A stretch of DNA of 64,000 nucleotides. Origin: Negativicutes bacterium. Its GTDB lineage: Bacteria; Bacillota; Negativicutes; UBA1444. The notes under the pieces are model-generated. The model saw only the letters and a list, made by a program, of their open reading frames with translations, had not been told where the DNA came from and did no database searches. Shown here piece after piece: positions 50,344 to 58,379 of the stretch (the stretch's first letter is position 1; each line of letters opens with the position of its first letter). Both the position numbers and the translations under genes were made by a program. The stretch is taken from contig CAXXIN010000015.1 of the NCBI GenBank assembly GCA_963665275.2, positions 1 to 64,000 of the forward strand. Reading direction: 5' to 3'.

Positions 50344-51306
50344 TCAACCAGCGTAGACATCCGCCAAAACTTCATCGACATTCGCGTCCGGACTGTTTGT
50401 GGCGAAAACGATCGCCTCATTGATCTTTCCTGCCACTTTGGCCGTAATGGCATCCAACTCAGCTTGTTGAGCATATTTCAGTTCCACGAGCTTATTTCCC
50501 AGTCGAGGAATCGGATCTTTTTTCAGCCAAGCATCCTGTTCGGCTGAATCTTTGTAAGCCCCGGGATCTCCTTCAAAATGGCCGCGCCATCTCCAAGTTT
50601 TGCATTCGATCAGGCTGGGACCATCACCTCTTCTGGCTCTGGCAACCGCTTCTTCGGCCGCTTCATGGACCGCAATCACATCGTTGCCGTCTACTGTAAC
50701 GCCTGGCATCCCATACGCGCTAGCCCGTTCAGAAACGTCGACGACCTTCATGTGGTCACGTTGACAGTTGGAAATCCCATAGAGGTTATTCTCGCATACA
50801 TAAACTACCGGAAGTTTCCAAATAGAAGCCATATTCAGGGACTCATGAAAAGTGCCGCGATTCGAAGCGCCGTCGCCAAAGAAGCACACAACCACTGCAT
50901 CAGACTTTCTGTATTTGCAGGCAAAAGCTGCGCCTGTGGCGATTGGCTGTCCTGCGCCTACGATTCCGTTAGCTCCCAAGATCCCCAGGTCGACGTCGGC
51001 AATATGCATTGACCCGCCTTTGCCTTTGCAATAGCCAGTCGCTTTACCGAACAACTCAGCCATCATCAAATCCACTTTGCCGCCTTTTGCGATCAGATGA
51101 CCATGTCCACGGTGCGTGCTAGTGATGAAATCTTTGCTCGTCAGGCCTGACAATACTCCGGTCGCCACCGCTTCTTCTCCGAGATACAGGTGTACGAATC
51201 CAGGCAGTTTGTTGTCGGCGAACAATTCCACGGCTTTGCTTTCAAAAGCCCGGATTGTCGACATTGTTTCATAAAAACCAAGCAGCTTTTCCTTTGTTAG
51301 TTCCAT
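50344..51306 (-). CDS. acoA: TPP-dependent acetoin dehydrogenase E1 alpha
   Basis: PGFVHLY.GEEA, THRGHGH, GGSMH, FFGDGA...ENN, GHFEGD. Confidence 0.92.
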   Translation of the reverse strand: MELTKEKLLGFYETMSTIRAFESKAVELFADNKLPGFVHLYLGEEAVATGVLSGLTSKDFITSTHRGHGHLIAKGGKVDLMMAELFGKATGYCKGKGGSMHIADVDLGILGANGIVGAGQPIATGAAFACKYRKSDAVVVCFFGDGASNRGTFHESLNMASIWKLPVVYVCENNLYGISNCQRDHMKVVDVSERASAYGMPGVTVDGNDVIAVHEAAEEAVARARRGDGPSLIECKTWRWRGHFEGDPGAYKDSAEQDAWLKKDPIPRLGNKLVELKYAQQAELDAITAKVAGKINEAIVFATNSPDANVDEVLADVYAG

Positions 51307-51383
51307 ACTAATTCCCTCCTTCTTGAATTGGGCGCAATGGACAAAATGCTTCCTGAGTTCCCGCTCGACCTTTTTTTCAAAAT

Positions 51384-51761
51384 TTATTTCCGGGACTTCA
51401 CCTCCTGTTCAACATCGACATAAACAGTAAGAGCAGCCACAGCAATCACGATCGTATCGCCGGAACCAAGTTCAGGCAGATCCAGACCGCGAACCGCCAG
51501 GCCGCCTGCAACAACTTCCAGCTCCGTCGTCCCAAACGGAATCATTTCCAGCACTTCGGAGTTGCGGATCTGTTCCGGGTGAGGCACGCCCAGCTTGACT
51601 GCGACGTGCATCCTGTGGGGGCTGTCAACTCCAAGAATATCGAATAAGCCGCAAAGGCAACTATGAGAAATCGCGTCTTTTACCGCCCGTTGAGCGGCTT
51701 TGGTTACATCTCCGCCATGAAGGTCTGCACCGGCGCCAATTTCGACGATATATCGTTTCAT
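51384..51761 (-). CDS. Lin0512 family protein
   Basis: EIG.G.DLHG.DVTKAA.RAV.DAI, PFG, GGL. Confidence 0.8.
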   Translation of the reverse strand: MKRYIVEIGAGADLHGGDVTKAAQRAVKDAISHSCLCGLFDILGVDSPHRMHVAVKLGVPHPEQIRNSEVLEMIPFGTTELEVVAGGLAVRGLDLPELGSGDTIVIAVAALTVYVDVEQEVKSRK

Positions 51762-51817
51762 CCCCACTTTAGTACACCTCACTAGCTAAATTTTTAAATG
51801 CACATATAGTTTCCTAA

Positions 51818-51834
51818 TGCATAGGACGTGCCAA
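51818..51834 (-). promoter_or_regulatory. sigma54 -24/-12 promoter of the aco operon
   Basis: Minus strand TTGGCACGTCCTATGCA (GG-N10-GC). Confidence 0.85.
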
Positions 51835-51899
51835 ATAAAAAAAACCACCTGTTTTCAGGTGGTTGGACACTTTAGCGGCACAAACAACATTTGTCTGAT

Positions 51900-51947
51900 T
51901 GTAGCCGCGCGATACAATATCGTAGCGTTATGTAGCGCAGCGATACA
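51900..51947. promoter_or_regulatory. Two AcoR upstream activator sites
   Basis: TGTAGCCGCGCGATACA (51900) and TGTAGCGCAGCGATACA (51931): TGT-N11-ACA near-palindromes 31 bp apart. Confidence 0.65.
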
Positions 51948-51967
51948 ATATTTTCGTTATACCATAA

Positions 51968-53992
51968 TCACAGCTTGAAATTGTCGATCCCGTATCGCTG
52001 TAACTTGCGATAAATGGTAGTCCTTGCAACTCCAAGCTTCTTGGCAACGCGGCTGATATTGCCGCCATACTGATTCAAAAAAGCAACAATTTCCGCCTGT
52101 TCCGTTTGCTCCATTGCCAATATGCGCTGCTGTTTAACAGAATCCCCCAAAACAACCTGGGGAAATGGCTGAGGTTCAAAGCAGTCCGCATGAGCCTGAG
52201 GGTTATATATTTCGGGGGGTAAGTGCCGCAGCATGATGGTCTGCTCTTCAGAGATACTGACCACACGTTCCGCTACATTATACAATTCTCGCACATTGCC
52301 GGGCCAATTGTAGCTGCGCAGACAATCCAGCACTTTTTCATCGACTGAATATTTGTGGCCCCTTTCTTTGCCTATCTTATCTATAATATGCTGAAACAAT
52401 ACGATAATATCATTGCCGCGTTCTCGCAGGGGCGGCACTGTAATTGAAATAACATTCAACCTGTAATAAAGGTCCTGCCGGAAAGCGCCTTTTTCCACTT
52501 CTTTCAGCAGCGTTTTATTGGTAGCGCAGATTACGCGCACGTCCGCCGGAATGACCCGTTCGCCGCCAATACGAACTAGTTTTTTCTCCTGTAGTACCCG
52601 TAGCAGTGCGACCTGTTGTTCCAACGGCATATCAGCAATTTCATCCAAAAACAAAGTGCCGCCTGCAGCGAGCTCGAATTTTCCAGGTCTCCCTCCACGT
52701 TTAGCGCCGGTAAAGGCTCCTTCCTCATATCCGAATAGTTCGCTGCTGATCAGTTCCCGCGGTATCGCTCCACAGTTCACCGCAATAAACGGGCCATCGC
52801 TTCGTTCGCTGTGATGGTGAATGGCTTGCGCAAATAATTCTTTGCCTGTACCGCTTTCGCCTTGCAACAAGACATTGGAAAAACTCGTAGCCGCAAGTGA
52901 AGCGATCCTGACAGATTCCAATAATTTGGCACTATTGCCGATAATATCACCAAATTCGAAATTCGTATAATGACCGCTAAAGTGATTTACCAATCGTCTT
53001 ACTTGTTTAATTGGCCGCAGAATGATGACTCCGCCGTTTATTTTTCCCCGTTCATCAGTCAGCGGTTCTCCGGAGACCAAGCAATGGCTGGTGCCGTTCT
53101 TGATCGGCACCATGACCTCCACATCAGAATATGGCTGTTTGTTGTCCAACATGGTTCGCGTAAAATGGGCGGTATCGCCAAAAATCCCTTCGATGGGACG
53201 ACCGACTACATCTTTGCTCGAACTCCCGAGTATCTGTTTGACTACAATATTAACTTCATTAACAATTCCGCGATTGTCAATCAGAACAACCCCATCGGAC
53301 ATCGTGTTGAAGATACTGGTTAACCTTTTGTTAGCCAACGTAAGTTCATTGTTTTTTTGCTGAATCCTAAGTTGCATGGAAACAGCTTCAGCAGCGGCGA
53401 CAACCATCCCCAGCGTATGAGAATAGGTCGATTGAGCCGGTCCCGAAATATCCAGCACAGCCATAATTTTCCCATTTTGATCGGTTATAGGCGCCGCCGA
53501 ACACGTCCAGTGATGGTGACGCAGACAAAAATGCTCACAGCCTGATACTTGCATCGGCAGCCCCGTTGACAAGGAAGTGCTGATCGCATTCGTTCCAACA
53601 TGGTCTTCATGCCAGTTCGCGCCTGGTAAAAAGGACAATTCCCGCGCATTTTGAATGCGATCAGGATCACCAAAGATCTCTAGAACATACCCCTGCACAT
53701 CCGTAAGAACTACTACAAAACTGGAACCCCGGAAAAACTGATAAAGATTCTGCATGAAGGGTGTGGCTGCACGAATAATAACTTCATTTTTTTCCAGCAG
53801 TTGCTTCAGTTCATGCTGTTCGAGTACTATCCGGCCTCTGCCATCAGCAGGATTCACTCTGGTATCTGAGCACTTCCTCCAGGATTCGACGATAGGTGAA
53901 GATATGATTCCTTGTTTTATTTCACCAGAGTTGACGAAGGTTTTCCAAGCCAACGCCTTTTGCTGTAAGGATCGTTCCCCCGTATTTTTCAT
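51968..53992 (-). CDS. acoR: sigma54-dependent activator AcoR (GAF-PAS-AAA-HTH)
   Basis: [36 protein letters not shown]-type HTH. Confidence 0.92.
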   Translation of the reverse strand: MKNTGERSLQQKALAWKTFVNSGEIKQGIISSPIVESWRKCSDTRVNPADGRGRIVLEQHELKQLLEKNEVIIRAATPFMQNLYQFFRGSSFVVVLTDVQGYVLEIFGDPDRIQNARELSFLPGANWHEDHVGTNAISTSLSTGLPMQVSGCEHFCLRHHHWTCSAAPITDQNGKIMAVLDISGPAQSTYSHTLGMVVAAAEAVSMQLRIQQKNNELTLANKRLTSIFNTMSDGVVLIDNRGIVNEVNIVVKQILGSSSKDVVGRPIEGIFGDTAHFTRTMLDNKQPYSDVEVMVPIKNGTSHCLVSGEPLTDERGKINGGVIILRPIKQVRRLVNHFSGHYTNFEFGDIIGNSAKLLESVRIASLAATSFSNVLLQGESGTGKELFAQAIHHHSERSDGPFIAVNCGAIPRELISSELFGYEEGAFTGAKRGGRPGKFELAAGGTLFLDEIADMPLEQQVALLRVLQEKKLVRIGGERVIPADVRVICATNKTLLKEVEKGAFRQDLYYRLNVISITVPPLRERGNDIIVLFQHIIDKIGKERGHKYSVDEKVLDCLRSYNWPGNVRELYNVAERVVSISEEQTIMLRHLPPEIYNPQAHADCFEPQPFPQVVLGDSVKQQRILAMEQTEQAEIVAFLNQYGGNISRVAKKLGVARTTIYRKLQRYGIDNFKL

Positions 53993-54195
53993 TCGTCCCC
54001 CCCCTTTGTGAAGTGGTCAAGTAAAAACGGGTGCATAAAACCGCAAAAAAGTTAACCTTTTGTATGACCATTCGCCAATTATTATTCTATTCCTGCCGTT
54101 TATCACTCCAGTTTCAAAATTCGCTGGAAATACTATCAACCGGTTCAAGCGGTTATCCCTGTAAATTAGGTATTTGGATACAAAATGAAGGCTCT

Positions 54196-54602
54196 CTAGA
54201 CAACACTCAGTCCAGCTTGCGCCAAAGCCTGCCGTAAATCAGCGATAATATCTTCAGCATATTCCAGTCCAATATAGGAAACATTGGAACAAATGACATG
54301 GGCGTCTTTGTTCAGGAAAGCAAAAAAACACCGGCCTGTGCGGCAACCCCGCTCCCCAGCACTACACAGTCTTCGCCGCCTTCCAGCACAGCCAGTTTTT
54401 CCTGCAGGTAGATCTGGTTGGCGGAAGTCGTGCGGGTATAAATCAGTTGATTGGGATCGCTCCAATTCATCGTGGAAGCATCTTCCGGCAATCGATAGCT
54501 GTTTGCCATCGTTAGCGGTCGCCGAATACTGCCGGTTTCCTTATCAATCTCATTACCGGCATGAACACAGTTTGTGTAAAAGCCTTTTTCCGACTTGGCC
54601 AT
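54196..54602 (-). pseudogene. Cys/Met PLP lyase (MetB/MGL-like) with a large internal deletion
   Basis: HAG, YTR..N..L.EKLA.LEG, SG.AA, then HVICSNVSYIG joined directly to LEYAEDIIADL.QAL; PLP-lysine region absent; homopolymer frameshift near 54320. Confidence 0.82.
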
Positions 54603-54686
54603 AACATTCAGTCCCTTCTCTTTCCTTGTTTATACAAACCGACTGGGGATATGTTGCCCATATTCCCAGTCGGCGATAAGACCCTT

Positions 54687-55514
54687 TTAGAAGGCAGGAA
54701 CAACTGCCCCTTTATATTTCTCTTCGATGAATGTCTTGACTTCCGGTGAAGTCAGCGCTTTGGACAGTTTTTCAATTTCCGGCCGTTTTTCATCACCCTT
54801 GCGCACTGCCAAAACATTGGCGTAGGGAGAGTCTTTGGCTTCCAGGAAAATTGCGTCTTTTGACGGCGCCAGTTTCGCTTCTAATGCATAATTGGCATTA
54901 ATAACAGCAATGGTGACATCATCAAGAGCCCGGGGCAGCAATGGAGCTTCCAGTTCTTTGATGACCAGTTTTTTGGGATTGTCCGTTACATCTTTGACGG
55001 TTCCCTTGATGCCAACGCCGTCTTTCAGTTTAATCAGGCCTGCTTTAGCCAGTATGGCCAAGGAACGGCCGCCATTTGTCGGATCATTCGGAATCGCCAC
55101 CTGAGCACCATCAGAAATATCCTTCAGATCTTTTATTTTTTTGGAATAAATGCCCATTGGTTCGATATGCACCGCGACCGTGTAGGTCAGATCCAATTTG
55201 CGGTCCGTGCTGAATTGTTGCAAATAAGGGATGTGTTGAAAGAAGTTGGCGTCCAGTTCTTTTTCCGCCAACGCCACATTCGGCCGGACATAATCGGTGA
55301 ATTCAATAATTTTGAGTTCAATTCCTTCTTTTTCCAGGGCTGGTTGGATCGCCTTCAGGATTTCCGCATGTGGCACCGCCGTAGCGCCCACTTTCAAAAC
55401 AACCTTTTTGGGTGCGGGTGCTGCCGGGGCCGGCGTTTCTGCTTTGCCGCCGCACCCTGCGGTGACTAAGGCCAGGGACAGTACTGCAAGAATGACTGCA
55501 ATAATTTTTTTCAT
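54687..55514 (-). CDS. metQ: MetQ/NlpA methionine-binding lipoprotein
   Basis: Lipobox TAGC, VPHAEIL, DANFFQH.PY, PNDPTN.GR. Confidence 0.94.
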   Translation of the reverse strand: MKKIIAVILAVLSLALVTAGCGGKAETPAPAAPAPKKVVLKVGATAVPHAEILKAIQPALEKEGIELKIIEFTDYVRPNVALAEKELDANFFQHIPYLQQFSTDRKLDLTYTVAVHIEPMGIYSKKIKDLKDISDGAQVAIPNDPTNGGRSLAILAKAGLIKLKDGVGIKGTVKDVTDNPKKLVIKELEAPLLPRALDDVTIAVINANYALEAKLAPSKDAIFLEAKDSPYANVLAVRKGDEKRPEIEKLSKALTSPEVKTFIEEKYKGAVVPAF

Positions 55515-55543
55515 GTTCTTTCCTCCTCGTATTTGTATTTATT

Positions 55544-55891
55544 TTAAATTCCGTCACCGCTAACGCCAGTCAGATCAGGAAGCCGCCTTTTTTCCGTCCG
55601 GTCTATCTGCACGATTCTACCACCTTGAAGTTTAACGACAACTTGTCCAAATTGCAGACCCTTCAGAGCGGCCGCAAGCGCGGAAAGTTTCCCTTTTGAA
55701 TTGGCGGCTGCCCTGTTGTGATCTCCTGCTGGAGATTTTCGCGGCGCAGGAAATTGATACTTTTCGTTCCGTTCGAGTTGAACAATCCGAGAATCCTGCA
55801 CAATAAAAACCAGGGAGCCAAATACTGTATCTTCAATTAACCGGGTCACTGTCAAACCAACTTCATTGGCCAAGGGATGATGATCTTGCAT
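55544..55891 (-). CDS. Protein with two tandem DUF2292/YezD-like units
   Basis: FGSLVFIVQDSRIVQLERNEK and FGQVVVKLQGGRIVQIDRTEK. Confidence 0.7.
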   Translation of the reverse strand: MQDHHPLANEVGLTVTRLIEDTVFGSLVFIVQDSRIVQLERNEKYQFPAPRKSPAGDHNRAAANSKGKLSALAAALKGLQFGQVVVKLQGGRIVQIDRTEKRRLPDLTGVSGDGI

Positions 55892-56087
55892 GAAAATCAC
55901 TCCATTTCTTTTTACAAAGCATACTTTATTCCAGTGCCTGTAATAAATCTTCAATAATATCGGCAGGGATATCAGCGCGAGTTTGCACCGCCGGAAATGT
56001 AATCAAGGATTCCACTCTGCCCCATGGATAGATGCCGGAATCAAAAAACCTCTGTCCGAAAGAACAGAGGTTTTGCAAACTCTTGTT

Positions 56088-56188
56088 CTCTCATCTGCCA
56101 GGATTTCTCCTGCTGGATTTGGCACCACTGCATTGCTGCCGGTTGCCGGGTGTCATCGGGCCAGTCCCTCGACCACTCTTGATAAGAG
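56088..56188 (-). ncRNA. SAM-I (S-box) riboswitch; terminator at ~56043-56075
   Basis: CTCTTATCAAGAG.GG.CGAGGGACTGGCCCGATGA..CCCGGCAACC...GGTGCCAAATCC...GATGAGAG. Confidence 0.96.
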
Positions 56189-56265
56189 ATGCACTATGTA
56201 ATTTTATTATCCCGATTTTATTACTAAGATATAGGGGTTGTCAATACTTGATTTGTGTTTTTTAT

Positions 56266-56520
56266 TCAGTTATGAGAAGAGGTCAACAGCTGATTCAAGC
56301 TTCCAGTCTGATATCCGGCCAGATCGACGGTTACAAAAAGAAATCCAAGCCCTCGAAGTTTCTCGGCAATTGCTGGTCCGTGTTCCGCATTGGCTATCCG
56401 GCCGATTTCCGATGCATCCACTTCAATCCGCGCCAGATTGCCATGGTGGCGAACCCGGACTTGCCCCTGGCAATATTTTTTAATGATCATTTCCGCTTTT
56501 AATACTCGGATATAAACATT
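56266..56520 (-). pseudogene. larE: C-terminal fragment of LarE-like (PP-loop) sulfur transferase
   Basis: QVRVRHHGNLARIEV...LGF.FVTVDL.GYQTGSLN; N-terminal SGG.DS domain missing. Confidence 0.75.
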
Positions 56521-56565
56521 GTCAAATTCGAAAGACATTAATATCCTTTGCATCACTAACGAATA

Positions 56566-57252
56566 TTATTCCTGCTTAAGGGGAATGGCGATGATATACA
56601 CGTTGCGGGTGATCTGCCCCGGCTTCAGATACTGGACATCAAACCACATGTCCCGGAAGCGCCAGGCGTTAAAAGAGGAAATACCGTCCGGGTTGTTCGG
56701 ATTGCCCCAATGGGACGAGGGATCGGCGAAAAAGATAGTATCAGGCCCCTTGGTTGGCGACTCATAGGCCGCATGATAGCCTGTCGCCACCACCCAGTGT
56801 CCGCCCCAGTCGATCCATTCGACCAGTACAGGAATCCCTTTATTCAAATATTCCCGCACCAATTCAAGCGAGCCGTCTTCCCCACTGATCACTACGAAGC
56901 CGTTTTTCTCCAGCCAAGCTACCATCTGGTCTGTTGTTGTTCCAGGTCGTGGAGATTTCATATCCCCTGTTCCCATTTCCCGGGCGATTCGCATTTCAGT
57001 TTCTGCAGTCAGATCCTTATTACTCAACATATTGTACCAATGCATCAGCGACATAACTGCAGCCGGTCCGCAGGTGGCATCATTCGTTTGCTGATATCCC
57101 TTTACTCCCAGAGAAACATACCAAGGATTGGGAGTCATCTCATAATAGTTGGCTGCTGAAACCGAACTTGGCAACGTGGCAGCCGAAACTCCTCCGACTG
57201 CCACCAACACTAGAATCAAGCTTATGCATACAAAGGCTTTCATTATTTTCAT
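56566..57252 (-). CDS. Secreted C39-like cysteine peptidase
   Basis: Signal peptide; Q....TCGPAA, GHWVV, ADP catalytic pattern. Confidence 0.8.
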   Translation of the reverse strand: MKIMKAFVCISLILVLVAVGGVSAATLPSSVSAANYYEMTPNPWYVSLGVKGYQQTNDATCGPAAVMSLMHWYNMLSNKDLTAETEMRIAREMGTGDMKSPRPGTTTDQMVAWLEKNGFVVISGEDGSLELVREYLNKGIPVLVEWIDWGGHWVVATGYHAAYESPTKGPDTIFFADPSSHWGNPNNPDGISSFNAWRFRDMWFDVQYLKPGQITRNVYIIAIPLKQE

Positions 57253-57298
57253 CGTCTTTATTACCTCAACCTCAATCGCACCTTCTCCTCAAAAACAG

Positions 57299-57925
57299 TT
57301 ACCGCCCAGGGCCCATCATCCAAATGCCATATCCGTTTTTTTGCCATTGCTGCATGTTTGCGATCTGCTGATCCGCCTGGGCCTGGGTGATCCAGCCCCA
57401 TTCTACCTGTTTATTTAAAACTTGTTTGCGGTTTTCGATCATCTGGTCCTGCCATGTGGTCATCTGCTGCTTCTGCTCGTCCGTCAGGTTCGCCGCCTTC
57501 TGTGCATATGGGGAATAGTAGCCCTTACCACCCCACATCATGCCATAGCCCCGATGGCCCGAACCCATCATACCGCCGCCCATCATACCTCCACCGCCTG
57601 ATTTCATCATACCTCCACCGCCGGCTCCCACCATCCACATGCCATATCCGTTACTCTGCCATTGCTGCATGTTAGTGATCTGCTGGTCAGCCTGGATTTG
57701 GGTAACCCAACCCCACTCAACTTGTTTTTTCAATACTTGCTTGCGATTGTCGATCAACTGGCTCTGCCAGGTCGCAATCTGCTGTTTTTGCTCGTCTGTC
57801 AGATTCGTCGCTTGCTGTATGTACGGACAGAAACCCGTTTGATCATCGGCATCAGCCGAGGCGATGTTCCCGGTCAAAGAACCTGACAACATGAGTATCA
57901 AGAGAACCAAGAGTATTTTTTTCAT
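57299..57925 (-). CDS. Secreted protein with duplicated DUF2680-like domain and Met/Gly-rich linker
   Basis: Two copies of NLTDEQKQQ..WQ.Q.I.NRKQVL.KQVEWGW.TQ.QADQQI.NMQQWQ.NGYG.WM. Confidence 0.75.
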   Translation of the reverse strand: MKKILLVLLILMLSGSLTGNIASADADDQTGFCPYIQQATNLTDEQKQQIATWQSQLIDNRKQVLKKQVEWGWVTQIQADQQITNMQQWQSNGYGMWMVGAGGGGMMKSGGGGMMGGGMMGSGHRGYGMMWGGKGYYSPYAQKAANLTDEQKQQMTTWQDQMIENRKQVLNKQVEWGWITQAQADQQIANMQQWQKNGYGIWMMGPGR

Positions 57926-58055
57926 CAGTAGTCCCTCCCTATTGCTTTTTTCAAGCTTCAAATCACTTGATATTATTCTTGCCGCTGGTCACAGGCTGAT
58001 AAACCATCAGATTTTCTCGCCATCCCCTACGAATGGCTTAGCGACATCATCAGGC

Positions 58056-58301
58056 CTATGAAAGATTTGCCTTCATTTTTTCGAATTCTTCGTGACTGAT
58101 TTCACCTCGTGCATAACGTTGTTTCAGAATTTCCAGTGCCGTATTCTCTGATGTCCGTGCAATTGATTTTGAATGGTTCATCAGCATGCGAATCAGAAAA
58201 AAGCCACCAACAAGAATGACCACCACAAAAACCAGCATGAAGATCCCTCCTCCGGCCCAGCCGTCCATCATTCCATAACCCCGTCCATATCCACATCCCA
58301 T
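58056..58301 (-). CDS. SHOCT-domain membrane protein
   Basis: GYGMM leader, one TM, ALEILKQRYARGEIS.EEF. Confidence 0.85.
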   Translation of the reverse strand: MGCGYGRGYGMMDGWAGGGIFMLVFVVVILVGGFFLIRMLMNHSKSIARTSENTALEILKQRYARGEISHEEFEKMKANLS

Positions 58302-58379
58302 AATTGCACCTCCATTTTTCGGGGATCCGCTTAATCTGTGCTGCTTGAGGCTCGTTCATGCACAAACATTCCTTTTCTG

